64,000 nucleotides of DNA from Ranitomeya imitator. Lineage: Eukaryota. The DNA lies in contig NC_091287.1 in NCBI RefSeq assembly GCF_032444005.1, positions 78,616,001 through 78,680,000 on the forward strand. The letters run 5' to 3'. A model generated the notes under the pieces. The model was not told the DNA's origin. It worked only from the letters and a program-made list of their open reading frames with translations, and searched no databases. Numbering within the stretch: position 1 is the stretch's first letter; every line of letters starts with the position of its first letter. The translations under genes and the position numbers were made by a program. Positions 11,847 to 25,239 of this stretch are shown piece after piece.

Positions 11847-11993
11847 CTTTTGCTCTTCTGCATCAGCAATGGTCTTTTCCTGGCTCACTTTCTCTGTCTG
11901 AAGCCCTATTTTAGCTATTAAAGCTTCGGCATCTTGGTTTCTCTGCTTCAATTCTGCCTCTTGTGAAGCAAGTTTGGCTTTTAGATCTTCTAC
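11847..11993 (-). CDS. dnah11: dnah11 exon 9 of 11 in window, 147 nt; stalk coiled coil 1
   Basis: ctccag|GTAGAA ... CAAAAG|gtcagt; [15 protein letters not shown]...[10 protein letters not shown]. Confidence 0.95.
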
Positions 11994-12540
11994 CTGGAGG
12001 GAAAAAAGGAAAATATTTTTAGAGTTTTATAATGTCAGGTCACCATCTATAGTACATATTTAAATTTTTTTTATAGTATCAGAATAGAAAAAATATGAAA
12101 AGAAACCCTGGCTTTTTTATATTACTTAATTCACTGTCAGGATCTGCACGTACTCCGTAATATTTCCTACTTGCTGTCCCTTACAAGACGTAGCAGGAAG
12201 GTATAAAGACTTGATGCAATACTTTATATGTCTTATTTATAAAGAGGAAATCTGCCTCTAAAGTGCAATGTTCATGACTACCATACTGTGTTAGTCAATT
12301 CTTCTCTCCTTAAAGTATTATTTCACCCAGTACATCTATTTGTGGATGGAACTGTTGGTGCTTTTATGGTTTCAATGTACAGAAGATTCCAACTGAGTAA
12401 ATATCAACCATCTATTTTCTATGTACACTCATCTGATTATATGACTTAAATGGGTTGACTCAAGTTCTCAAATGGTTAAAATTGCAATTTAGAAAGAACT
12501 CTCTGTTCTCAAGAAGGGAGGATTTCTGATTCTATTTAAT

Positions 12541-13507
12541 TCATTGGAGCACGTGCCAATGGAAGAGAAGTCGAGATGATGAAGGCTATGGTAGCACGTT
12601 TAGGTCACGCAGGCTGCTCACAGTAGCACAAGCAACATGTCGCCTGGCATTGTCATGTTGAAAAATGGTTCCTGGGACAATTTTGAAAAATGGCCGCATC
12701 ACTGTTTCCACCATTGACGTCACATACCAAGCCAAAAGTGTTAAACAGTGTCTACACAAATCATCAGAAGGGGTTTGCACAACACAGTGCTATGAGCCAG
12801 ATGTCCATCTACAGGGAATCCATTCCTTTAGCGATGAGCCTCCTTTTGTCTAGGACACAATGATAAACAGAGAATGGTCTGGAGACAATGTGTGCAAAGC
12901 CACGAAGAGGACTTAATGAGGTAATGTCATATCAGTCCTACTCCTGGGATTTTGGTATGGGCAGGCATAATATACTAGTAGCCAGACCAGTCTTTATTTC
13001 TGAAACACTAACTGCTTGGCGTTACATTGATTTTGTCATCGTTACATTGATTTGGTCATGGAACCAGTGATAGGGCCATTTATCCAAAGTGTCCCACGAG
13101 ACATTTTTCAACAAGTCAACGTCAGGCCGTATGATGCCTGAGCGGGCAGCCTGCAGCACCTCCAAACTTGTCTTCCATTGAGCAAATCTGGGACATCTTT
13201 TGTATGCAACGGCAAAGGCAGCTGTCAGTAGTGGATCTTGATTGGAGTGTCAAATCGCATTCAGCATTGCAGAATATTCCTCACACCACCATTAATAACC
13301 TCAATGATAGCAGCCAAGCTGTGTAAGTGTGGGGATTTATGTGAGTGACACTCAGATTTGACACGGAGTAAATCACAATGTTTTGAAAATTTTGTTCCCA
13401 TTTTTTATCATTTGCATATTAGTAACTTGTCTATCCATCCTGTGCTTTCCATAATTCCAAAATTTGCCTCACCTGTGTTGGTGTTTCAATTTCCATGTTG
13501 AGGAGTG
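12541..13507. mobile_element. Degraded Tc1/mariner fragments in opposite orientations
   Basis: Minus-strand IFQHDNARRH and plus-strand IFQQVNVRP...SPNLSSIEQIWD DDE-region remnants; right end GAGTG|TA. Confidence 0.55.
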
Positions 13508-13648
13508 TATAATGATTTGTGTTGACATCATTCATATGGCTTAACAGAAGCATTCAAATTGTGAAACAGAGGAAAAACTATCATGCAATTACAGGTTCAG
13601 GTCCCTTAAAGGCGAATAAAACAATGTAAAAACAGTAACACAAATTAA

Positions 13649-15262
13649 CCCCTTCACCCCAAGCCTGTTATCTCCTTCATGACCAGGCCAAATTTTACAA
13701 TTCTGACCAGTGTCACTTTATGTGGTAATAACTCTCGAACACTTCAACAGATCCCACTGATTCTTAGAAAGTTTTTTACTGACATATTTTACTTCAAGAT
13801 AGTGGTAACATTAGTTTGATGTGCCTTGCATTTATTTCTGAAAAAAAACCTGAAATTCTGCAAAATTTTGAAAATTTCACAATTTTCAAACTTTTAATTT
13901 GTATGCCTTTAAACCAGAGTTAAAATCACACAAATAGTTAACAAATAACATTTCCCATATGTCTACTTTACATTAGCACATATCGAAACATACGGTAATC
14001 TTTTTTTATCAGGAAGTTAAAAGGGTTCACCAGAGATTCCTCGTTTTTCTAACAAAATTTACAAAACCATTTTTTTTAGGGACCACATCACATTTAGGCT
14101 GCCGTCACACTAGCAGTATTTGGTCAGTATTTTACATCAGTATTTGTAGCCAAAACCAGGAGTGGAACAAATAGAGGAAAAGTATAATAAAAACATATGC
14201 ACCACTTCTGCATTTATCACCCACTCCTGGTTTTGGCTTACAAATACTGATGTAAAATACTGACCAAATACTGCTAGTAAGACGGCAGCCTTAAAGTGAC
14301 CTTAAGGGGCCTAAATCACAGAAAATACCAAAAAGTGACACTACTCCAAAATACGCACCTCTGAATGTCCTCAAAACAACATTCAAGAAGCTTATTAACC
14401 CTTCAGGTGCTTCACTGGAACTGAAGCAATGTGGAAGGAAAAATTGAACAGTTAAGAAAAATTTTACTTTAGACTCCAATTTTTTATTTTCACAAGGGTA
14501 ACAGGAGCAAACAGAACCCAACATTTATTGTGCAATTTCTCACGAGTATGCCTATACCCTATATGTGGGGGAAAACTACTGTTTGGATGCACGGCAGGGT
14601 TCGGAAGGGAAGGAGCACCTATACAGTGGAAACCCCCACAAGCGACCCTACTTCGGAAACTAGACTCTTCAAGGAACTTATCTAAACATCGGGTGAGCAA
14701 CTTAAACCACCAAGTCCTTCACAGAAATTTATAATGTTGAGCTGTGAAAATAAAAAAATCAAATATTTTTTTCCACAAAAATGTTCTTTTAGCCCCAGAT
14801 TTTTTATTTTTACAAGGGTAACAGGAGAAAATGCACCATACAATTTGTTGTGCAAATTCTCCTGAGCATGGAGGTACCCAATATGTTGAGGAAAACTACT
14901 GTTTGAACAAACGGCAGGGAAGGGGCACAGTTTGACTTTTTGAACGCTGGAATGGAAAGCAGATGCCATGTTGCGTTTGGAGAGCCCCTGATGTGCCTAA
15001 GCAGTGGAAACCCCCCAAGTGATCCCCATTTTGTTAACTAAACCCCTGAAGGAATATATCTACATGTGTGGTGAGCACCTTGATCCCCCAGGAGCTTTAC
15101 AGAAATTTATAACAATGAGCAGTGAATATAAAAGAAAATCAAATTTTTCCCACAAAAATGTTGGTTTTGCCCCAAATTTTTGATTTTCACAACAGTAACG
15201 AGCAAAATGGACCAATTTCTTGTGCAATTTCACCTGAGTACTCCGATACCCCATATGTGGTT
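13649..15262 (+). mobile_element. Non-autonomous piggyBac-like element, right end missing
   Basis: TTAA|CCCCTT left end; internal sequence shared with 17456-20718 and 35307-40574. Confidence 0.7.
14097..14290. mobile_element. PIF/Harbinger-type palindromic MITE
   Basis: TTA|GGCTGCCGTC...GACGGCAGCC|TTA; 3-bp TSD. Confidence 0.75.
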
Positions 15263-15386
15263 GAAAAACTCTTTTTGAGGCCAGTAGTCAAGGACTTTAA
15301 TGAAAAAATGGCATTTTTTACATTGGTCAAAACCAGTAAAAAGCTGATTGGCAAACTTAGTCCTTTATTTATGGTCAACAACGTTA

Positions 15387-15838
15387 GGTTATGTTCACAC
15401 GTTACTTTTTTTACGTCAGGCAAAACCTGCTCTCTTGGCAGTGCGAAACTTGCTTAGATTTTGTTGCGCTTTTTGATGCATTTTTTTCCTGAGTTTTCAT
15501 CAGGGTACATTTTATCTCTTGAGCATGCTGATAAAGTTTAGTGCATAAAAAAAAAATCTGAATCTACTTTATCACGTTTTGGCACCAAAAATGGAGCCAC
15601 AACATAAATGTGTTTTTGCAGCTTTTTCTTCATCATTTTTTGAACCACCCATTGCTTTCAGTGGGTGAAAAACGCTGAAAAATGTATGGCACAAAATAAT
15701 GAGGACAAAAAAACAGAGGTGTGTGCATGAGATTTCTGAAATCTCAAAGACTTTGCTGCTACTGTAAAGCGCAGGTAAAAATTTGAATAAAAAAACAAAA
15801 ACGCTGAAAAAAACGCAACGCAACATGTGACCATAGCC
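15387..15838. mobile_element. PIF/Harbinger-type MITE
   Basis: GGTTATGTTCACAC / GTGACCATAGCC termini; related to the elements at 28497 and 34815. Confidence 0.6.
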
Positions 15839-17145
15839 AAGAAGAAAAGTAAATCAGGCAACATCAAAGAGTCTGCTATGTTAACGAGCCCAAAACTCCA
15901 CCAGTTCCCCTATCTGGGCTAATATATCTGTATACACAATGGCTATCAATCATTACTGTGAAAGATGGAGAAGGTGGGTGAACTTGTAACTATGAATCTG
16001 CTATATGGTTTATTAACAACCAATAACCCAATGGAAACTTTTTCTTTGCCGTTTGGTACAACAGCTTACATGGGGCATTTTAATGAGACACCGCCTGAGT
16101 AGTTTTTAGGAAGTTGTCTGAGATTTTGAAACATTTCACGTGTTTCCTCTGATAGCACTTGTACCTATGATAGTCTATGGGGCTGTTTCATGGCAGTGAT
16201 TTTTTGCAGACCGAATGGTCCATGTAAATCCCGGAACCATGTCCAATGTGATCAGAGTGTTGGATCAAACTCGGCAATGCATTTCTGAAAAATCAGACCC
16301 AACTCGGATGTCGGATGCCATCTGAGTCCCCTCCATTTTTCACGGACTTATAGGAGGAAGTGGAGATTATTTTTTCCTCATTAAAAAACTGATCAAACTA
16401 TGATGAAAATTTTTCTCGCATGTGAAAAAAACCTAACATTTGAATGAGGACTTACAGCATCACATGCAATAAATCATCATAACTTGCCCTTTAAATGATT
16501 GCTCCAGCATGGCAGCTCTGTCTAATGACATGCTGTCTATTCATGCATGACCGCTGCAGGCAATCACTGGCCTCAGTGGTGATGCCTGCATGTACGACAC
16601 AAGACTGCTGATGCCAATGACTGCAGAAGTCACATGAATGGATAGTCACTCATCCCTGCAGGACCACCAGAATGGTGGAGTTGGACAGGTGAGGGATTAT
16701 AAAGACGAGTATCATTTTTTTTTAAAAATTTTCCAGCATATACTGCAGTTAAAGATTTTTAAAAACATCTCGGAAAACCCTTTTAATGAGAAACAGATTA
16801 TGGAGGAAAAAAAAAAAGACAATGGCATTGTTATTAAAACTCATGAAATAAATGGCTGGGGACACAGCAGTGTACATGGCAGCACAAGACTCGTAGTAAT
16901 AATAATAATAATAATGGAGAAAGAATAGAGATTTCTACATTAATTGTGGTTGACTGGCCACAGTGTGCGATTTATTCTTTTATGATTATGAATCTAACAA
17001 TTACAGGTTACCATTCCCGTAAGCATTTATTTTCCCCGTTAATACAAACCTCTGATGTGACATAGTAACACAACACGCCGTGAGAACTGCAGACTTGTTA
17101 CATAAACAGGAGCCTTACAAGCTTGGCAGTAATGTGTACACTTAC

Positions 17146-17379
17146 CTGCGACGCCGTGGTTTTCAGCTTTTGTAAACCGTTCTCTAAATGTTCCATTTTT
17201 TTAGATAATTCTTTTCTTTTACTGTCCAGAAGATTTTTGTATAAATTTATTTGCTCCAGGAAACTCTTTGGAGTGGTGTAATTATACCGTTTTTCATTTT
17301 GATAGTATTTAGCACTGATTTCATTGACATTTGTATGTACATAGGCCATAAACTGACTGATTGACTCCTTCACATTTGC
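17146..17379 (-). CDS. dnah11: dnah11 exon 8 of 11 in window, 234 nt; AAA4 lid into stalk
   Basis: ttacag|GCAAAT ... TCGCAG|gtaagt; ...[13 protein letters not shown]...[14 protein letters not shown]. Confidence 0.96.
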
Positions 17380-17455
17380 CTGTAAGAATGGCACAAAATA
17401 AATGCATGTAACGTGACAACAAGCAGACATGACAACAGATTTCCAGATATATTAA

Positions 17456-20400
17456 CCCCTTTACCCCAAGGGTGGTTTGCACGTTAATGACCAGGCCAAT
17501 TTTTACAATTCTGACCACTGCCCCTTTATGAGGTTATAGCTCTGGAACGCTTCAACGGATCCCGGTGATTCTGACACTGTTTTCTCGTGACATATTGTAC
17601 TTCATGACAGTGGTAAAATTTCTTTGATATTACCTGCGTTTATTTATGAAAAAAATGGAAATTTGGCGAAAATTTTGAAAATTTCGCAATTTTCCAACTT
17701 TGAATTTTTATGCAATTAAATCACAGAGATATGTCACACAAAATACTTAATCAGTAACATTTCCCACATGTCTACTTTACATCAGCACAATTTTGGAACC
17801 AAAATTTTTTTTGTTAGTGAGTTATAAGGGTTAAAAGTTGACCAGCAATTTCTCATTTTTACAACACAATTTTTTTTTTTAGGGACCACATCTCATTTGA
17901 AGTCATTTTTGAGGGGTCTATATGATAGAAAATGCCCAAGTGTGACACCATTCTAAAAACTGCACCCCTCAAGGTGCTCAAAACCACATTCAAGAAGTTT
18001 ATTAACCCTTCAGGTGTTTCACAGGAATTTTTAGAATGTTTAAATAAAAATGAACATTTAACTTTTTTCAAATTTTTTTTTACTTCAGCTCCAATTTGTT
18101 TTATTTTACCAAGGGTAACAGTAGAAAATGGACCCCAAAAGTTGTTGTACAATTTGTCCTGAGTATGCGGATATCCCATATGTGGGGGTAAACCACTGTT
18201 TGGGCGCATGGGAGAGCTCGGAAGGGAAGGAGCGCCATTTGACTTTTCAATGCAAAATTGACTGGAATTGAGATGGGACGCCATGTTGCGTTTGGAGAGC
18301 CACTGATGAAGCCCCCCACAAGTGACACCATTTTGGAAAGTAGACCTCCTAAGGAACTCATCTAGGTGTGTTGTGAGAGCTTTGAACCCCCAAGTGTTTC
18401 ACTACAGTTTATAACGCAGAGCCGTGAAAATAAAAAATCTTTTTTTTCCCCACAAAAATTATATTTTAGCCCTCAGTTTTGTATTTTCCCAAGGGTAACA
18501 GGAGAAATAGGACCCCAAAAGTTGTTGTCCAATTTGTCCTGAGTACGCAGATACCCGAAATGTGGGAGGTAACCACCGTTTGGGCGCATGGGAGAGCTTG
18601 GAAGAGAAGGAGCGACATTTGGAATGCAGACTTAGATAGGATGGTCTGCAGGCGTCACATTACGTTTGCAGAGCCCCTAATGTACCTAAACAGTAGAAAC
18701 CCCCCACAAGTGACCCCATATTGGAAACTAGACCCCATGGAACTTATCTAGATGTGTTGTGAGAACTTTGAACCCCCAAATGTTTCACTACAGTTTATAA
18801 CGCAGAACCGTGAAAATAAAAAATCTTTTTTTTCCACAAAACTTATTTTTTAGCCCCCAGTTTTGTATTTTTCCAAGGGTAACAGTTGAAATTGGACCCC
18901 AAAAGTTGTTGTCCAATGTGTCATGAGTACGCTGATACCCCATATGTTGGGGTAAACCCCTGTTTGGGCGCACAGGAGAGCTCGGAAGGGAAGGAGCACT
19001 GTTTTACTTTTTCAACGCAGAATTAGCTGGAATTGAGTTCGGACGCCATGTCGCATTTGGATAGCCCCTAAACAGTGGAAACCCCCCAATTATAACAAAC
19101 CCTAATCTAAACACACCCCTAACCCTAATCCCTACGGTAACCCTAACCACACCCTTAACCCTGACACACTCCTAACCCCAACCCTATTCCCAACTGTAAA
19201 TGTAATCCAAACCCTAACCCTAACTTTAGCCCCAACCCTAACCCTAGCCCTTACACTAACCCTAATAAGAAAATGGAAATAAATACATTTTTTTATTTTT
19301 CCCTAACTAAGGGGGTGATGAAGGGGGGTTTGATTTACTTTTATAGCGGGTTTTTTAGCAGATTTTTATGATTGGCAGCCGTCACACACTGAAAGACGCT
19401 TTTTATTGCAAAAAATATTTTTTGCGTTACCACATTTTGAGAGCTATAATTTTTCCATATTTTGGTCCGCAGAGTCATGTGAGGTCTTGTTTTTTGCGGG
19501 ACAAGTTGACGTTTTTATTGCTAACATTTTTGGGCACGTGACATTTTTTGATCGCTTTTTATTCTGATTTTTGTGAGGCAGAATGACCAAAAACCAGCTA
19601 TTCATGAATTTCTTTTGGGGGAGGCGTTTATACCGTTCCGCGTTTGGTAAAATGGATAAAGCAGTTTTATTCTTCGGGTCAGTACGATTACAGCGATACC
19701 TCATTTATATCATTTTTTTATGTTTTGGCGCTTTTATACCATAAAAACTATTTTATAGAAAAAAAATATTATTTTTGCATCGCTTTATTCGGAGGACTAT
19801 AATTTTTTTATTCTTTCACTGATGATGCTGTATGGCAGCTCGTTTTTTGCAGGATAAGATGCCGTTTTCAGCGGTACCATGGTTATTTATATCCGTCTTT
19901 TTGATCGCGTGTTATTCCACTTTTTGTTTGGCGGTATGATAATAAAGCGTTGTTTTTTGCCTCGTTTTTTTTTTTACTGCGTTCACTGAAGGGGTTAACT
20001 AGTGGGACAGTTTTATAGGTGGGGTCGTTATGGACGCAGTGATACTAAATATGTGTACTTTTATTGTTTTGTTTTCTTTTTATTTAGATAAGGAAATGTA
20101 TTTATAGAAACAATTTTTTTTTGGGGGGGGTGAATTTTTTTTACACATGTGAATATTTTTTTTTTTACATTATAACATTGCCCTGGGGGGGAAGGGGGCA
20201 TCATGTTATAGTGTAAGATCGCTGATCTGACACTTTGCTGTGCACTGTGTCAGATCAGCGATCTGACGTGCACTCATAGAGGCTTCCCGGCGCTTGTTCT
20301 GAGCAGGTGCTGTGAAGCCACCTCCCTGCAGGACCCGGATGCCGCGGCCATCTTGGATCCGGGCCTGCTGCAGCGAGGAGGTAAGAGACCCTCGCAGCAA

Positions 20401-20718
20401 CGCGATCACATCACGTTGCTCCGAGGGTCTCAGGGAAGCACGCAGGGAGCCCCCTCCCTGTACGATGCTTCCCTATACCGCCGGAACACTGCAATCATGT
20501 TTGATCGCAGTGTGCCGAGGGTTAATGTGCCGGGGCGGTCCGTGACTGCTCCTGGCACATTGTGCCGGATGTCAGCTGTGATAATCAGCTGACACCCGGC
20601 CGCGATCGGCCGCGCTCCCCCCGTGAGCGCGGCCGATCGCTATGACGTACTATCCCATCGAGGGTTAGATAGGCCCAGGTCACCTCGACGGGATAGTACG
20701 TCTAAGGTCAGAGAGGGG
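17456..20718 (+). mobile_element. Full-length non-autonomous piggyBac-like element (3.26 kb)
   Basis: TTAA TSD at 17452-17455 and 20719-20722; CCCCT/AGGGG termini; internal ~380-bp repeats and (TAACCC)-like array; no transposase. Confidence 0.85.
19095..19265 (+). repeat. Degenerate telomere-like (TAACCC)n array inside piggyBac-like element
   Basis: Runs of AACCCT/AACCCC interspersed with ACAC variants. Confidence 0.8.
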
Positions 20719-20836
20719 TTAATAATGAGATATATGTTGAAAAAAGGTGCTGCCATATTTTTTTTTCTAAGGAAAAGAAAAGCCCATTGGCAAAGTGGAG
20801 TGGGTGTCATTTCAAATGGCAAAATCCTTGAATTTA

Positions 20837-21298
20837 AGGGAATCTGTCATCAGGTTTATGCCACCTAATCTGATAGCAGCGTAATGTAGAAACAGAAACC
20901 CTGATTGCAATGATGTGTCACTTACTGGGCAGCTTGTTGCAGTTTTCATGAAATCGCTGTTTTATCAAGAGAACTAGTAAACCTGCTGCCATGTAGTCCT
21001 CCTATTCATCCACGTCCCCACTGCTGATTAGCAGCTTTCTGCCTATGCACAGTGTACACAAAGCTTCCAATGAGTGGTGTGGGCGAGGTTATACAGAACT
21101 CAACATTTAGAGTATTGGTAGATAAGCAGCAGAAAAAAAAGCTTGTAATGAAAACTGCAGCACTCAGTAACACTCAGTAAAGTAAGTGATACATCGCTGG
21201 AATCAGGGTTTTGACCCGTACAATATGCTGCTCTCAGATGGAGTTTAAAACACAAGTGACAAAAAAACAAAAAAAAAAAAACTGGTGACAGATTCCCT
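20837..21298. mobile_element. Kolobok/T2-type MITE
   Basis: TTAAGGGAATCTGTCA / TGACAGATTCCCT|TTAA termini. Confidence 0.75.
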
Positions 21299-22574
21299 TT
21301 AAATGCTATGATCAGGGTACAGTACATCTCTGTTCAATCAGGAGAGGCTACTCCAGGGTGCTGCGGCTCACCTCCATTAGTGTTCCCACTATGTGTTCAC
21401 ACAGACTATTTTCTATTTAGCTGCTTAAAAACTACATACAGGTCACATTACATAAGTAAAAAAAAATTATCTAAGTATCATTAGGGTGTTTACATGGCCA
21501 CTAAGATTACAAGAAGCCTTTGTTTCCCCAGTTCTTCATTCATCACTGTATCACAGTGTAATTAATCATTTATTTTATGCTTTGCATATCTGAAAAAATT
21601 CAAGGGCAATTTTCTTTATTTTTTTTTTAATGCTGGTTAGGGTTGTCGAGGATTATAAAAAAAAATAAAATAAATAATAATCAGGTTTTCTTTCATAGAA
21701 AGATCACCACATCTGTCCACAAGGTGCTCATGCGCAGAGCTATGACTGGGCTGCCATAGAAGTGCAATTGGCCTGTACTGTACTTACATAGGACTATGGC
21801 TGGGAGCTCTATGTAATATATATTTTTACTTATCCTGTATACATCCAACAGGAAAAGAAATCATATGTTATATTGTCGGCCATATGTTCCAAGATGTGTT
21901 CCCTAATGGTGAATAATTCCATACATAACCCAATAGAGCTTTGTGTGGCGACACCGAGGAGTCCTGCATGGCTTCCTAGGATGCATGGGCCCCCATGAGC
22001 TGGTAACGCGGTCACCCCATGTGCAGGAGGCTTCACTTTGCAGTATCCACTTTACCTTCACTGCCTTATAAATGACTATACTCCTGTGAACCTACAACCT
22101 CATCAATGTAACAATAATTTATGGGTTTATTTACGAGATTAACCCTGTATAATTAATCAGAGAACGCCTGGAAATCAATTAATAAGAATTAGATAAGGTA
22201 CACCTAGTGCAGCGAAAGTTACACATAATTTACCAAAATGCTGTCAATAATTGCTCCAACTTCAGACGCATTAGTGAATGGTATTGGAATGTTTAATGAT
22301 GGAGTTGAATGATTAAATATTTTTAAAGGATTATGCTGAGGAAGCGTTAATTGCCTGGCTTCCAGTTTAATATTTCCTATTAGAAAAACTAGGATAATAT
22401 TGATAGTTAATCCATGTGTATTCAACCTCAAATTATTAATCTCCAATTGCAAAAAACAACTATAAATTTATATCATGTTGGACAAGATTTAGTAAACTGA
22501 AACATAGGCTCGTATCTCTGAAACTGTATGGGGAATTAAAAAAAGAAAAAAATACAAAAAAGATCTCCGTACAC

Positions 22575-22883
22575 TAGTGATGAGCGAGTGTGCTCGTTAC
22601 TCGAGATTTCCGAGCATGCTCGGGTGTTCTCCGAGTTATGGGAGTGCTCGTAGATTATGTTTGTGTCCCCGCAGCTGCATGATTTGCGGCTGCTAGATAG
22701 CCTGAATACATGAGGGGATTCCCCAAACAAACAGGCAACCCCCACATGTATTCAGGCTGTCTAACAGACGCAAATCATGCAGCTGCGGGGACACAAACAT
22801 AATCTACGAGCACTCCCATAACTCGGAGAACACCTGAGCATGCTCGGGAAAACTCGAGTAACGAGCACACTCGCTCATCACTA
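22575..22883. mobile_element. hAT-type palindromic MITE
   Basis: TAGTGATGAGCG/CGCTCATCACTA TIRs; 8-bp TSD CCGTACAC/CTGTACAC. Confidence 0.85.
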
Positions 22884-25239
22884 CTGTACACTAAGGGGAG
22901 CAGCAAGAATAAAATGAGAGTCAAAACTGGCCTCTTATGACCCAGTAAGTCTACAGATCGTCTTTAATTTTTTGCTTCAGTTACGTGTAAATTATATTAG
23001 CGGCAATACCTGACAAAGCTGCCTACATGGACAACAGCTGGGACAGAGATAGGACTGGCATAGCTAAATGAGAAGCCAGCCCCCTTCACACACATCACCT
23101 GCTCACACAGGGTAAGCTGTACTGTCTCAAACAAACAGATGAGGACGTGGACTTCGGACAGGAGCTTGTAGACGGACACCTTTCAGATAGGACATACATT
23201 AGTAAATTGCATATGTTACTAATTTAAGCTTATTGAACTCAAATAACTTTTTAGCTGGAGAAACCCATTAACACCATGTCTGAACTAACAAATATACATT
23301 CCTCAATGTATCACACTGTAAACCAAGAAAGCTCAGGAATTACAAAAAGATTTATTTTTACCTTAAAGATGACATTTACCTGGAAATTAGGCTTGAAATC
23401 TAAGTGCGTTACTTAATCTACAAAATGCGACACCTGTAGAGTTATCGTGTCCATTCAGGACATTGGAACATGACAATATGGACGTACAGTATCTTAGAGT
23501 CTACAGAAATAGGAAAAGGTCTTTGAGAAAAGATGGAAATGGCCCCGGATACGTTGTCATGAAGCAGTAAAATAACTATTGTTGTAAAATAAAGCTTAAC
23601 AAAGTGGCACAGCATGGGAGACATGTCAAGCCATGGAGCAGCTGGTTGTAATTCATGCTGCTTTAGCAGAAAACACTAATCGTTGTAAAACGGGATTCTT
23701 TGATGATTGGCCTCCTTTGCATTTGCAATTTGTCACTTTCTCTTATGATAAGGTCAGCAGTGACAGCACTTCCTGACTTTAACAGCTGCGGCTTCTACAA
23801 CGGTCATTGTGCAAATACTAATTGCAGTAATTTCATTAGCATAAATTATTTATTCTGCCAATCCGATTTTTATTATACTATTGTTGATTTTTTTTTTCTA
23901 TATAATACACAATAATAGACATGGAAATGTTGAGGAAAAACTCAAAGCAACTGTCTCAACTCAAATAAAAATTTATCTAATCAATATACCGTATATGAAA
24001 AAAATCTCTAAAAATATATGTGTCAAAAATTACATATTTTTGAGACCTCTAAAGAAGTGAATGCTAATGTACTGGAAAACCAGGAAACCTTCGAATTATA
24101 TTTAAATAAATTGTATTCGGTTCTAAGCAGCGGGTTGTCTATAAATACTTACGGTAACAATTTTGGAACATCTTTTAGGTCGGTGTTGTGCGATTCCTCC
24201 TTGAAATTTTTGGCAAAATTGACAGCTTGGTGTTACTATTTGTCAACTCAAAGAGGTGTGTCTGACACTGTCCAATCATTAATGAGAGGGTCAGAGTATG
24301 TAAGGACACCTCAAATTTTCAAGAGGAATGAATGGCACTGCCTAGCTGTCATATTACTTGCCTATGTTTCAGGGGGATAATAATGAAGCAGAACAGCAAA
24401 GATTCCAAGAAAACATGTTCCAACAGTGATGTTTCATGGAAAATGCATAAATATACAAGAAATATTCAAATTTTCAGACCCTTACTTCAGTGATCCACTA
24501 TGTGTATACAAGGACATCGCCAAATCCTTTGCTACAACATCCAATACAAAAAAATGGAATACAACGTGGTGTATGTTTTCCTTAAATACTAGTTTACATA
24601 TCCATCTTCCAAGTGAAAACATAATAAAAAGTTCAAAAAAAGAAGAAGAATTTTCACTCTGATCAGGCAATAATTACAGAGACATATCGAAGACCTTCAT
24701 CCATTTTATAACTCTAGCTCTGAGTAGTGGAGGTAACGGAAAAAGTTTCATTATAACACAATATGTCATCTTGATACAATATTTCGGGGAAACGCCCGTC
24801 TCCAGACAGCAAGATGGATATATAAAAAAAATACTGAAGGAAAACGTAAACCGCTTTGGTGTTTCATTTTTTTAGTTGTGTCACGAAAAATGCAAGCATG
24901 TAATAAAACATGAATTTCAATAGGACTGGTAGGTCCTCCTTTGATGGGAGTCTCAGCAGTTGAAAAAAAACCTTGGCTATAAGTGTGGATAACGAGAAAA
25001 TAAAGAAATAATCCATTAAATCCCTTGCAGATCAAGTTCTGCTGCGTCAGTGGTCTCCACTAGTCCTGACCCTTCATCGACGTGAATGTTGCAGCCAGTC
25101 AGTTTGTACAGAACACGGTGGAGGTCACTAGCTCTTTAGAAAGTTTTGGAAAATCCCAGGAATGTAAGTTGCACATACAGAATTGCATTGAGTACCAGAT
25201 TTTATTCTCAATTGAATGTGTACTGTAATACCTAACAAT

